A stretch of 64,000 nucleotides of DNA. Source: Alloprevotella sp. Lineage in GTDB: Bacteria > Bacteroidota > Bacteroidia > Bacteroidales > Bacteroidaceae. The position numbers and the translations under genes are program-made. The stretch spans positions 83,898 through 147,897 of the forward strand of contig JAZLDQ010000028.1 of assembly GCA_045614785.1 (NCBI GenBank), written 5' to 3'. This document shows, in pieces, positions 30,193-39,899 of the stretch. Below the pieces are notes generated by a model, which made no database searches, was not told the DNA's origin, and saw only the letters and a list, made by a program, of their open reading frames with translations. Every line of letters begins with the position of its first letter. Position 1 is the stretch's first letter.

Positions 30193-30361
30193 GGTTTACA
30201 GATGGTTTACGCAGACTCTCTGCTATGAGGTAGTAGGTGTAGTCTTTTAGATATTATTAAATATATATATATATTTAATAAACACTAAATAGAAGGGGTA
30301 GTTCACCGGGGTTGAAGTGCTGCGTAAACCCTCTGTAAACCTTTTGTAAATCGTTGTAAAC
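30193..30361. repeat. Origin-like dyad module B: GGTTTAC repeats / AT palindrome / GTAAACC repeats
   Basis: 30193-30214 matches the reverse complement of 30320-30341 at 21/22 bases; perfect 28-bp A/T palindrome at 30254-30281 sits at the centre. Confidence 0.85.
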
Positions 30362-30492
30362 ACGCAAAAAGAGTGAAAAATGCCAATGTGTATCAGTCAA
30401 TCTACAATTTGGAGCGGATGGTTTTGTGTTTTCGGCACGCTTTTTGCAATTTACTGCAAAGAAAGGACAATAACCATAAAAAAACAATAATA

Positions 30493-32565
30493 ATGAGTAT
30501 GAAAAGAGGTAGTATTGGAATTACGACGGAGAATATTTTTCCTGTCATCAAGAAGTTTCTTTATAGCGACCACGAAATCTTTTTGCGCGAAATCGTGGCA
30601 AACGCTGTTGACGCTACGCAGAAGCTGCGCACGCTGAGTGCTCGTGGTGAGCTGCAGCAGGAGCTGGGCGAGCTCACTATCCAGGTGAGCGTGGACGCGG
30701 AGGCTGGCACGCTGACTGTGAGCGACCGTGGTGTGGGCATGACGGCCGACGAGGTGGAGCGCTACATCAACCAGATTGCCTTCTCGGGCGCTACGGATTT
30801 CCTCGAGAAGTATAAGGACGATGCTAATGCCATCATTGGCCACTTTGGGCTGGGCTTCTACTCTGCGTTTATGGTGAGCGAGCGTGTGGACATCATCACA
30901 CGCAGCTGGCAGGAGGGGGCAAAGGCTGTGAAGTGGACGTGCGACGGGTCGCCCGAGTTTGAGCTCACTGAGGTGGAAAAGGCGGAACGCGGCACGGACA
31001 TTGTGCTCCACATTGCTGAGGACTGCAAGGAGTTCCTTGAAAAGTCGAAGATCGAGGAACTGCTTGGCAAGTATTGCAAGTTCTTGCCCATCGCCATAGC
31101 CTTTGGGAAGAAGACGAAGTGGGAAGACGGAAGGCAGGTAGAGACGGAGGAGCTCAACGTCGTCAACGACACAAACCCTCTCTGGACGAAGGCGCCCTCT
31201 GCGCTCAAGGATGAGGACTACAAGCGCTTCTATGCTGACCTCTATCCGGCGAGCGACGAGCCCCTCTTCTGGATTCACCTCAATGTGGACTACCCCTTCA
31301 ACCTCACGGGGGTGCTCTACTTCCCCAAGATAAAGAGCAACATCGAAATTCAGCGTAATAGGATTCAGCTCTATTGCAATCAGGTGTTTGTGACGGACCA
31401 TGTGGAAAACATCGTGCCCGACTTCCTTACGCTGCTCCATGGCGTTATCGACTCGCCCGACATTCCGCTCAACGTGAGCCGCAGCTACCTGCAGAGCGAT
31501 GCTAACGTGAAGAAGATCTCGACCTACATCACAAAGAAGGTGTGCGACCGCTTGCAGCAGCTCTTTAAGAACGAGCGTGCCGACTTTGAGCAGAAGTGGA
31601 ACGACCTTAAGCTCTTCATCCACTACGGCTGCTTGTCGCAGCCCGACTTCTACGACAGGGCGTCTAAGTTTGCGCTGCTTGCCGACATGGAGGGGAGGTT
31701 TTACACTTACGAGGAATATCGCGAGGCGGTGAAGGCGGCTCAGACGGACAAGTCGGGCAAGCTGGTGTGCCTCTACGCCAGTGACGCTGAAGCGCAGTAT
31801 TCGTACGTCGAAGCTGCTAAGCAAAGGGGCTACAACGTGCTCGTGATGGACGGGCAGCTGGATTCGCACCTCGTAGGCCTGCTGGAGCAGAAGTGGGAGA
31901 ATACGCACTTCGTACGCGTAGATGCTGACGTCATCGACCGCCTCATCGAAAAGGCTGACGCTAAGATCGATGCTGGCCTCACGGAGGGCGAGGGCGAAAA
32001 GCTTACGCAGATCTTCATGGCTCGCATGCCTAAGCTCGAGGGGAAGGACTTCCGCATAGAGGTGTCGGCAATGGGCGAGGGTGCAGCGCCCGCCCTGCTC
32101 ACTCAGAGCGAATATATGCGCCGCATGAAGGAAATGGCACAGTTGCAGGGTGGCATGTCGTTTTATGGCGAAATGCCCGACATGTATAGCGTGGTGCTCA
32201 ATGCTGACCATGCGCTCGTAAGGGGTGTGCTGGCAGATGCCAGTGCGAATGTCGACGAAGCGCTGAAGCCTATCGAAAACGAGTTGCGTGGACTCAATGC
32301 ACGCCGCATGGCTATCGAGCAGAGCCAGAAGGATATGAAGCCCGAGGACATCTCTGAGGCTGAAAAGAATGACCTTAACAGATGCCGCGAAGCCATCGCG
32401 GCCGAAGAGGGCAAGAAGGCTGATGTGCTCAAGCAGTATGCGCAGACGAACCCCGTAGTATCGCAGTTGATTGACTTGGCATTGCTCCAAAATGGGCTCC
32501 TCAAGGGCGAAGCGCTCGCTAACTTTATTAAGCGCTCAATCGAGCTTTGCGGCAAAAATGATTAA
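30493..32565 (+). CDS. htpG: Chaperone HtpG (Hsp90)
   Basis: LYSDHEIFLREIVANAVDA, DRGVGM, IGHFGLGFYS and PLNVSRSYLQ motifs; start moved to 30493. Confidence 0.97.
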   Translation: MSMKRGSIGITTENIFPVIKKFLYSDHEIFLREIVANAVDATQKLRTLSARGELQQELGELTIQVSVDAEAGTLTVSDRGVGMTADEVERYINQIAFSGATDFLEKYKDDANAIIGHFGLGFYSAFMVSERVDIITRSWQEGAKAVKWTCDGSPEFELTEVEKAERGTDIVLHIAEDCKEFLEKSKIEELLGKYCKFLPIAIAFGKKTKWEDGRQVETEELNVVNDTNPLWTKAPSALKDEDYKRFYADLYPASDEPLFWIHLNVDYPFNLTGVLYFPKIKSNIEIQRNRIQLYCNQVFVTDHVENIVPDFLTLLHGVIDSPDIPLNVSRSYLQSDANVKKISTYITKKVCDRLQQLFKNERADFEQKWNDLKLFIHYGCLSQPDFYDRASKFALLADMEGRFYTYEEYREAVKAAQTDKSGKLVCLYASDAEAQYSYVEAAKQRGYNVLVMDGQLDSHLVGLLEQKWENTHFVRVDADVIDRLIEKADAKIDAGLTEGEGEKLTQIFMARMPKLEGKDFRIEVSAMGEGAAPALLTQSEYMRRMKEMAQLQGGMSFYGEMPDMYSVVLNADHALVRGVLADASANVDEALKPIENELRGLNARRMAIEQSQKDMKPEDISEAEKNDLNRCREAIAAEEGKKADVLKQYAQTNPVVSQLIDLALLQNGLLKGEALANFIKRSIELCGKND

Positions 32566-32611
32566 AGCTATTAGAGTTTAACGTTTATCGCCTGAATGAT
32601 TTTAAAAAAAT

Positions 32612-32656
32612 AAGAAAGCGGACCAACCCGAAATGGGTGAGTCCGCTTTTCTTTTT
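32612..32656. terminator. Terminator after htpG
   Basis: AAAGCGGAC-CAACCC-GAAAT-GGGTGA-GTCCGCTTT followed by T-run. Confidence 0.8.
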
Positions 32657-32687
32657 GCTTATTGAAAAAGTAAAATAACTTTTTTTT

Positions 32688-32828
32688 GAGTTGACGAGTA
32701 AACGAGTTGACGAGAAGGTATGATTAGAGTACAACTTACAGAGTGCAGAGTACAACTGCTATGCAGCGTTAAGCCAGCGTTCGAGTCAAACCATCTTGTC
32801 TGCTCGTCAACTCGTCAACTCGTCAACT
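32688..32828. repeat. REP-like element with GTTGACGA / TCGTCAAC octamer arms
   Basis: Three left octamers, three to four inverted right octamers, core shared with 24539-24605. Confidence 0.8.
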
Positions 32829-32836
32829 ATTAAACG

Positions 32837-35542
32837 TTAATTAGGCACCACAGGAGTGGGGTAGCGAGTGATGCCAGCCTTCTTGTCGTTAAGGTCCTGG
32901 CAGTACATCATCTTTTGCACCATGTCGGCGGGCATTTCCTTGAGTGTGCCGTCTGCCACGAGGGCGTCCATGTCGGCCTTAAACTCGTCGTACATCTCGG
33001 TGGTCAATACGTAGTAGCCCCATGAGTAGTCGTTGACGTGGAGCGCTACGTTGCGGAGGTAGCCATGACGCTCGAAGTAGGGGAAGAGGTTGTAGCCATA
33101 GAGGCGTGAGGCCTTGCGGATGAAGTTGAGCATGGCGGGCACGATGTTTTCGCCATAGCCGCGCGATGTGGCTGTAACGTAGTTGTCCTTAATCCATGAA
33201 GAGTTGGGATACTGCGACTTGAGGAGCGAGTAGCCGTTGTCTATCGTGCCATATTGTGCGTGGAAGATGAGTTCGTACTTGTCCCAACCATCCTGCTTTT
33301 CGATGTCTGAACCCCCTTCGTACTTCATGCGGCGGAGCGCTTCGAAGAGGTCGGGGTAGAAGTCGAGGTACTTCTTGCCTGCTTCGGCACCTGGCTTTTG
33401 GAGGTAAATCTTGGCATAGTTGCCGAGCATGATGAATGAGTTGAGGATGAAGCCTACGTTGATGCTGCTGCCCGACTTTTGATAGGGCACGAGGTCGTGG
33501 AGCGCTACGGCACGCAAGGGGTTTGCGGCATACGATGTCACCACAGAGTCGCGCATAGCCTCGCAGAGTGCACGCATCTTGGGGCTATAGCTGAAGAGGT
33601 AGGGGTCGTTCTTCACGTTTTCGTAAGCCAAGTGGCGCGAAGTACTTACTTGCTTGCCATCCTTCGTTTGTGCGTCGTCGTAGAAGAGTGAGCGTGCACG
33701 GGGCCAGTCGTTAATCTTGTCCGATGAGTTGTAGCCCATGTGCATAATGTTGTAGTAGGAGAAGATGTTGTTCGACACTTCGCCAAGACCATTCCAGCAG
33801 AGGTAGGGGTGCATCTGGTGTTGGTGGCCCCATTCGTGTGAGAGTCCCCAGATGGCATCGTCGTCCCGCTTCATGATGTTTTGGCAATTGAGCACGCGTG
33901 ATTCCTGGTCGACGTGGAAGGATACGCCAAGTCCGCCCTGGAACATGTAGTACGTATAGTTTACGTAAGCCATGGTGTGGTTCTTGGGGATGCGGTCGTA
34001 CTTAGTGAAACCGATTTCGTCGTGTTCCCACTGGATGAGCGAGTCGATAACGGCGATGTATTGGCGATAGCCACGAGGCTGGCCGTTGATGTCCTTGCAG
34101 TAGTCGCGCAAGCCTTTTGCTGACCACACTTGTTGCACCTTCTTGCCGAGGATGTCCATACATGTGTTCTTGGCATTGGCACAGATTTCGTACATCTCGT
34201 CGTTGGTCTTATCGGGAGAGAGGTAGCCGTTGACTTCGCCATTTACGAAGTGCACCTTGATAGAGGGCACGGTGTTGACGTCGTTTTCGGTGTAGTAGCA
34301 TACGTAGGCAAGGCCGTCCCAGTCGTTGGTGTATTCAATCACGTTGAAGCCGTTCTTCAAGACGTAAGTAACCGTTTCGGGGTTGCCACCATCGAAGTTG
34401 CTGCCAATCTTTCCTACGTACCATGCTGTAACCTTGAGCTCAACGCTCTCATTAGCGGGGATGCCGCTCACGATGATGGCGTGCTTGCCCTTAGAGATGT
34501 TGATGCCCGTCACGCCTTCGTACTGGCTATAGCGTTTGCCTGATGTACACCAGAGGGCTGTGAGCACGTCGTAGTGGGTGAAGGGTTCGTATTCGGCTAC
34601 ACGATATTCAGTGGCGTAGTTACCATCGAAAATCTTCTGAGCAAGAAGGCGTGAGAAGTCGTTGTCGATGTTGTCGATGTCGGCTTGCGTAGTGCCTTCC
34701 TTCAAAGTGGTGAGGAGGTCGTCGGCAAAGATGCTGAAGCAGGCTTCTGTCTCGGGATTCTTAGCGCCAAACTGCATTTCTGCGCAAGATGCGAAGTTGC
34801 CCGCACCGCTCTTGATGACAAACTTGATGGCACGTGGCTTCTTGAGGCCTCCGTCGAACTTGATAGTGCGTGCTGAAGCCGATTGCTTCCAGTCGTAAGA
34901 GCCGTGGAGCACATAGTCGGAGTTGCCCACACACTTTGTGTAAACGTCCACCAATCCGAAGCTACCGTTGCCACCGCCCGAGCGAGGGATGTAGTTGATG
35001 TATTCAATGAGGTCGACGTCGGAGAATTGGTATTCGAGGATTGCGGGGTTTGACTCTGACACGTTGAAGCCCGACCATGCGGTGTGCCACATTGAGCCTA
35101 AATCGCCGTCGATGGTCTTGTCCCATCCTGAGCTACCTTGCTGGCTGTTTACCGATCCGCCCGAGGGCTTGATGAAGATGTCGCCAGGCACGGTCTCTAC
35201 CGATTCGTTGCGGCCTTGAACGACGGTGAAGGTTTCGCTGAGTCCGTGTTCCTCGTTAGTGAATGTGATGTTGCCTGCACGATTTGTGATGTCGGGGTTA
35301 GCCGTCATGTGGACATAAACCTTTCCGTCGTTGCCAAGCTTTGTCTCGATCCACGTAGCATCGTCGGAGATGGTGTAGTCAACATTTGCTACAACGTCAA
35401 GACAGAGTGTGCGCTCCGCATAGCTAACCGTTTGTTTGTGGGGCACAACGATTGTGGGCAAGCTGTTTTCTGCCAGTATGCTTTGTGCGTTAGCTTGAGC
35501 AGCAAAGGCTACTAGTAGCGAGGTGATTATTGTTTTCTTCAT
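32837..35542 (-). CDS. M60-like metallopeptidase (putative mucin O-glycopeptidase) with BACON and F5/8-type C (CBM32-like) domains
   Basis: Signal peptide; W..RAGNITF..VVQ BACON-like segment; IDGD.GSMWHT, YIPR and SCAEM CBM32 motifs; WGLSHEWGH...GEVSNN zincin motif. Confidence 0.88.
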   Translation of the reverse strand: MKKTIITSLLVAFAAQANAQSILAENSLPTIVVPHKQTVSYAERTLCLDVVANVDYTISDDATWIETKLGNDGKVYVHMTANPDITNRAGNITFTNEEHGLSETFTVVQGRNESVETVPGDIFIKPSGGSVNSQQGSSGWDKTIDGDLGSMWHTAWSGFNVSESNPAILEYQFSDVDLIEYINYIPRSGGGNGSFGLVDVYTKCVGNSDYVLHGSYDWKQSASARTIKFDGGLKKPRAIKFVIKSGAGNFASCAEMQFGAKNPETEACFSIFADDLLTTLKEGTTQADIDNIDNDFSRLLAQKIFDGNYATEYRVAEYEPFTHYDVLTALWCTSGKRYSQYEGVTGINISKGKHAIIVSGIPANESVELKVTAWYVGKIGSNFDGGNPETVTYVLKNGFNVIEYTNDWDGLAYVCYYTENDVNTVPSIKVHFVNGEVNGYLSPDKTNDEMYEICANAKNTCMDILGKKVQQVWSAKGLRDYCKDINGQPRGYRQYIAVIDSLIQWEHDEIGFTKYDRIPKNHTMAYVNYTYYMFQGGLGVSFHVDQESRVLNCQNIMKRDDDAIWGLSHEWGHQHQMHPYLCWNGLGEVSNNIFSYYNIMHMGYNSSDKINDWPRARSLFYDDAQTKDGKQVSTSRHLAYENVKNDPYLFSYSPKMRALCEAMRDSVVTSYAANPLRAVALHDLVPYQKSGSSINVGFILNSFIMLGNYAKIYLQKPGAEAGKKYLDFYPDLFEALRRMKYEGGSDIEKQDGWDKYELIFHAQYGTIDNGYSLLKSQYPNSSWIKDNYVTATSRGYGENIVPAMLNFIRKASRLYGYNLFPYFERHGYLRNVALHVNDYSWGYYVLTTEMYDEFKADMDALVADGTLKEMPADMVQKMMYCQDLNDKKAGITRYPTPVVPN

Positions 35543-35557
35543 ATATGTATTCCTTTT

Positions 35558-37078
35558 TTATAAGCTGATTTTTTTACCATTGATGATATAAGCGGCAGAG
35601 GGCAACTGGATAGTTTTAGAACCTACGATGATGCCATTCCATACGAGTTGACCCTGCAGATTGTAAATCTCAACAAGGGTGCGCTGATTAGCATTGAGGG
35701 TAACGATGCCCTTGCTTGCAACGATTTCGAGTGAGTTGGAACTTGTCGTAACGTCTTCAACACCTGTTGCGATAGCTTCGCCTACGCAGAACATGTCCGA
35801 CACTAATTCCAACTCGGGATAGTCGGCATGTGTTAGCTTAAGGTAAACATTCTTGAGTGGTGCGAAGAAGGCAAGCTTGCCAGCACCGTAGCTATATTCG
35901 TTGTTGGGCGCAGAGGATGTAGCTTTTGTGAGCTCAATCTCGTTGCCGTCATCGTCGAGGCGATAAGCCTTGATGGTAGCGCTCTTTGAGGTGCTGTGTC
36001 CAGGACCTTCGCGGAGGTCGCCAATATTAAGGACGTACTCTGTCTTTGAGCGATCGCTGTAGCTTGGACATACTTCCATATAAGGCACTCCGTTGCCTGC
36101 CGTCTTCATGCCTCCTGTTACCACGAGGTTGGCTTGAGGCGTAAGGTTGAGGTTTGTGGGCTTATATTTCTTAATGGGAAGCGAGCCGAAGGTAAGGCTA
36201 TTGTCGGCACATTCCATTGTGTGAAGTGTTGCTTCGGGGAGTGTGATGCTTGTGAGTTGGTTAGCATTCACGTTGAAGTGGGTGAGTTCGTTGGCTCCCG
36301 ATACGTCGATTGTTGTCAGATTGTTATTGTTGGCAATAAGCGTTTGAAGCGAACAGTCGTTTTCGAACCCTGCTATCGAAGTCAAGTTGTTGTCGGCACA
36401 TAGAAGGGTAGTCAAGGCACTATTTGCTTCAAAGTTTAGCGTCTGTATGCTATTGCCAGCACAATTCAAGGCGTCGAGCATTGAGGCAGAAGTTACGTTT
36501 ACTTTCTTAAACTTGTTGTTGGCGATGCTTACGTTTTGAATCACTTCGCCGTTGAATGTGAACTGACCTGTAGAGCCAACGTTGGTTGCAATGCTATTTC
36601 CTGAGATGTTAAGGCTTTCCATTTCGGGGTGTGATGTATGAGAAACAGCAAGCGACTTTAGGTCATTGTTCGAAAGGTCCAAGTCCTTGAGAGCAGGGCT
36701 ATAGCTCTTTACGAACGAAGAGATAGCGTTGTTGCTACAATAGAGCGACTTGAGGTAGGGGGCATTCTTTGTGTTTATCTTTGTGATTTGCTGACTACCA
36801 CAATTGAGCATTGTCCACTTTGTGTCGCTTCCCTTGATCGTGATTTCTTTACCTTTTACTTCTCCCGAAATAGTGCGGAAGGCGTCGGTCGTGCCCTTGT
36901 ATTCTACGAATACGCCGTCACCCCAATCTACGTAGATTGTGCCAGCAGGGTTTACCATCAACTCCATTGTTTCGCCAACGGCTTTTGATGTTGTTAACTC
37001 TACCGTTTGCTCAGCTTGGGCGGTTGACAAGAAGAGTGTTGCCAACAAAGCTGTTGTCGTGAGTTTTAGTTTCTTCAT
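35558..37078 (-). CDS. Leucine-rich-repeat exported protein with probable T9SS C-terminal domain
   Basis: Signal peptide; VDWGDG; repeated LxxLxCxxNxLxxL units; C-terminal TGVEDV...IYNLQG...YIINGKK. Confidence 0.8.
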   Translation of the reverse strand: MKKLKLTTTALLATLFLSTAQAEQTVELTTSKAVGETMELMVNPAGTIYVDWGDGVFVEYKGTTDAFRTISGEVKGKEITIKGSDTKWTMLNCGSQQITKINTKNAPYLKSLYCSNNAISSFVKSYSPALKDLDLSNNDLKSLAVSHTSHPEMESLNISGNSIATNVGSTGQFTFNGEVIQNVSIANNKFKKVNVTSASMLDALNCAGNSIQTLNFEANSALTTLLCADNNLTSIAGFENDCSLQTLIANNNNLTTIDVSGANELTHFNVNANQLTSITLPEATLHTMECADNSLTFGSLPIKKYKPTNLNLTPQANLVVTGGMKTAGNGVPYMEVCPSYSDRSKTEYVLNIGDLREGPGHSTSKSATIKAYRLDDDGNEIELTKATSSAPNNEYSYGAGKLAFFAPLKNVYLKLTHADYPELELVSDMFCVGEAIATGVEDVTTSSNSLEIVASKGIVTLNANQRTLVEIYNLQGQLVWNGIIVGSKTIQLPSAAYIINGKKISL

Positions 37079-37230
37079 AAGTTAAAAATGTTATTTAGAT
37101 GATTTTATCAGATTCTATGGCTTGAATTGCTTGAGCAAGCAATTTAATTCATGCAAAGTTCGCTTTTTTTTTTTTTTGAACAAATTTTGCTTTATGTATT
37201 GCTTAAAAATTGCTTGTTTTTAACATTTAT

Positions 37231-38085
37231 TTAGACCAAATTGTATGTAGTTGCTCTAAATTTCTTGCTTGAGGCGTATCCGCATCGTTTGCAAAGTTCT
37301 TCTGTGGCACAATGATTTGAGAATCCCTCGTATAGGCGCTTTGCTCGCTCTGAATTTAAGATTTCGGCAAGCGTATTTTGATGTAGGTTGCCTAGGGGGA
37401 TATCTCCGTTGTGGTCAAGACAACAAGGTACAACTGTGCCATCAACTAACACTCCAATTTGATTTCGCAATGCATGGCAGAACAAGGAGTTATCGTTTGT
37501 TGTTTCTATGTTTATGTCGGGCCACTCAAAGGCTTTGTCGTGCTCAAGGTAGAGATTGTCGGCTAGCTTCCAACCATCGTGTCGAGGTGTCCATGTGGTG
37601 GGAATGAAAGAGCGTAGTTGCTCGATGATGCGTTTGTTTTGGCTTTCGGCTCCTCCTTCATTCCAAAGGCGCAGGATGATGATGATGCCTGCTTTCGAAG
37701 CTGGTAGTGCAAATTGCATGACGCTTTTGACGTAATCGTCGGGGCTTTCGAGGGTGTTGCCTTCGTGGGCTTGAAGCGAGATTTGGATTTTGTAGGGCTT
37801 AGCCTCGATAAGTGCTTCTTTTTGAGCTAGCAGGGTGCCATTAGTGGTGATGATGGGAGTAAACCCCTTAAGTTGTGCCCTTGTGATAAATGTTGGCAAC
37901 TGGGGGTGGAGGAGTGGCTCTCCCATAAGATGAAAATAGAGGAACTTGACCTCGCCTTGAAGTTTGTTGGTGAGAAGTTCAAATTCCTCTGTACTCATTG
38001 TGTGCTTCCTTCTTGATGTTTTAGGGCAAAACTTGCAATGAAGGTTGCAGATGTTGGTGATTTCAAGGTAGCATCTGGAAATCAT
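37231..38085 (-). CDS. Radical SAM protein with SPASM/twitch domain
   Basis: CNLHCKFC, GEPLLHP, TTNG; C-terminal C...VPCCLD...CKRC. Confidence 0.9.
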   Translation of the reverse strand: MISRCYLEITNICNLHCKFCPKTSRRKHTMSTEEFELLTNKLQGEVKFLYFHLMGEPLLHPQLPTFITRAQLKGFTPIITTNGTLLAQKEALIEAKPYKIQISLQAHEGNTLESPDDYVKSVMQFALPASKAGIIIILRLWNEGGAESQNKRIIEQLRSFIPTTWTPRHDGWKLADNLYLEHDKAFEWPDINIETTNDNSLFCHALRNQIGVLVDGTVVPCCLDHNGDIPLGNLHQNTLAEILNSERAKRLYEGFSNHCATEELCKRCGYASSKKFRATTYNLV

Positions 38086-38106
38086 AATTGCTTTGTGTAG
38101 GGGGGC

Positions 38107-38673
38107 TTAATCTTGTACGAGGAAGCTCTTGACTTTTTCTAAAGCTTCGTTTTGCGCTGTGCTAAGGTCGTCGTTGATGACGATGGTGTCGAATTGAGAA
38201 GCATGCGAAAGTTCAAACTCAGCGCGTGCAATTCTATCGGCTATAACTTCTTCGCTATCAGTGCCTCTACCTATGAGTCGTTGGCGTAAAGCTTCAATTG
38301 AAGGTGGTTGGATGAAAATGCTCAATGCGCGAGGGTCATAGTGCTTCTTGATGTTGATGCCACCGAGCACATCAACGTCGCACACTACGTTTTCGCCTCG
38401 CTCCAATTGCTTGTCGAGTTGGCTTTTGAGTGTGCCGTAGAATCGGTCTTTATAAACCTCTTCGTATTCCAGAAAGTCGTCGTTTGCAATGTGCTGACGA
38501 AACTCGTCGGGGGTGAGGAAGAAGTATTCAACGCCATGTTGCTCTTGGCCTCGTGGAGGACGTGAGGTGGCGCTGATGGAGAAGTGGAGATTGAGCCCTT
38601 GTTGCATCAAGTAGTTGATGATAGTGCTTTTCCCACTTCCAGAGGGGGCAGAGAAGATGATTACTTTTGACAT
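38107..38673 (-). CDS. gmk: Guanylate kinase
   Basis: SAPSGSGKST, SATSRPPR, EYFF, YGT and DVDVLG motifs. Confidence 0.96.
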   Translation of the reverse strand: MSKVIIFSAPSGSGKSTIINYLMQQGLNLHFSISATSRPPRGQEQHGVEYFFLTPDEFRQHIANDDFLEYEEVYKDRFYGTLKSQLDKQLERGENVVCDVDVLGGINIKKHYDPRALSIFIQPPSIEALRQRLIGRGTDSEEVIADRIARAEFELSHASQFDTIVINDDLSTAQNEALEKVKSFLVQD

Positions 38674-38842
38674 AAGGTTATGAGGTTATAAGGTTATAAG
38701 GTTATGAGGTTATGAGGAGAGAGTAGAGGGTAGTCCATCCGGATGGTTCGCTAATCGTTAAACGCTAATCGCTCATCGTTTTGAGGGGTGAGGTAATAAG
38801 GTCCGCATGGCTCTTAAAACCTTACAACCTTAAAACCTCAAA
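38674..38842. repeat. REP-like element with AGGTTATR / AAACCTYA octamer arms
   Basis: Five AGGTTAT(G/A) units, GAGTAGA units, CCATCCGGATGG hairpin, CGCTAAT units and inverse AACCTTA units. Confidence 0.75.
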
Positions 38843-38844
38843 TT

Positions 38845-39723
38845 TTACATAACATTCAGTACTTGTTCCTTGATTTGCTCGAGCTCATCTTTCATCATCA
38901 CGACGATGTTTTGCATTTCGGCTTGATTGCTTTTCGAACCTGTTGTGTTGATTTCTCGTCCCATTTCTTGGGCGATGAATCCGAGCTTTTTGCCTTGTCC
39001 TGTACCTTCTTTCATCGTTGAGCGGAAGTAGTCGAGGTGGTTGGAGAGGCGTTGTTTCTCTTCGTTGATGTCAAGTTTTTCGATGTAGTAGATGAGCTCT
39101 TGCTCCATTCGATTTTTGTCGTAATCAACGCCAACAAGTTCGTTAAGGCGGTCGTAGAGTCGGGTGCGAATCTTTTCGACGCGTGCGCTTTCGTAGGGTT
39201 CGATTTCCTTCATGAGGCGCTCAATAGTGTCGAGGTTTTTGCAAAACTTTTCGTGGAGCGCCAGTCCCTCTTGTTGGCGAAATGCGATGAGTTGGTCGAT
39301 GGCTTGATGGATGGTTTGCAGCACGATGCCCCATTCTTCCTCCGTAAGTTCTTCCACAACTCCTGCTTGCATCACCTCGGGCATGCGCACCAATGTTTCC
39401 CAAAGTGTGGAGGGGTTCACGTTTATGCCGATTTCAGCGCTGATGGCTTGCATTTGCTTCACGTAGTTGGCCACGGCTTGCGCATTGATGGTGCTGCCTT
39501 GCGTGCTTGCGTCCTTTTCAATCCAAAGTGTGAATTCTACTTTGCCACGCTCGAGTTTAGCTTGAATGAGCTGGCGTAGTTCCATTTCCTTTTCTCGATA
39601 GAGTGGGGCGATGCGTGTAGAGAGGTCTAAGGCTTTAGAATTTAGCGACTTAATCTCTGCATGAATCTTCTTTCCGTTATAGAGGACATCGGCTCTTCCG
39701 TAGCCTGTCATTGATTGAATCAT
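38845..39723 (-). CDS. YicC/YloC family endoribonuclease
   Basis: MIQSMTGYGR, EIKSLN and GKKLGFIAQEMGREINTTGSK motifs; upstream of gmk. Confidence 0.93.
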   Translation of the reverse strand: MIQSMTGYGRADVLYNGKKIHAEIKSLNSKALDLSTRIAPLYREKEMELRQLIQAKLERGKVEFTLWIEKDASTQGSTINAQAVANYVKQMQAISAEIGINVNPSTLWETLVRMPEVMQAGVVEELTEEEWGIVLQTIHQAIDQLIAFRQQEGLALHEKFCKNLDTIERLMKEIEPYESARVEKIRTRLYDRLNELVGVDYDKNRMEQELIYYIEKLDINEEKQRLSNHLDYFRSTMKEGTGQGKKLGFIAQEMGREINTTGSKSNQAEMQNIVVMMKDELEQIKEQVLNVM

Positions 39724-39899
39724 GATGGTGAAAAATGTAGTTTTAATAAATGTTGCTTAATTTTTAGTGCAAACTTACTTAAAAATCGTGATATTTGCGT
39801 AAGTTTGTATCAGATTCCATTATTAGGACGTTAATTATCGAGTCAATCATTCGAAAATCTTAATAAATTATACAGTATTACAACTTCATTTTTCTACGC

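Noticed and set aside
29879..30361. Chromosomal oriC
   Set aside because: No cluster of TTATCCACA-like DnaA boxes noticed, the design recurs at 44.3 kb, and the background strand bias looks the same at both ends of the window
29400..30487. Small ORFs 29400-29597, 29643-29918 and 30275-30487, plus 43732-44037
   Set aside because: They are low-complexity translations of repeat tracts, and the 43.7-44.0 kb tract is open on both strands; no protein-like signal
30451..32490. 679-aa antisense ORF over htpG (likewise 49987-51672 over pfp and 53239-54189 over the NfnAB-like gene)
   Set aside because: They are in-register shadows of strongly codon-biased genes that avoid TTA/CTA/TCA, and they contain no recognisable motifs
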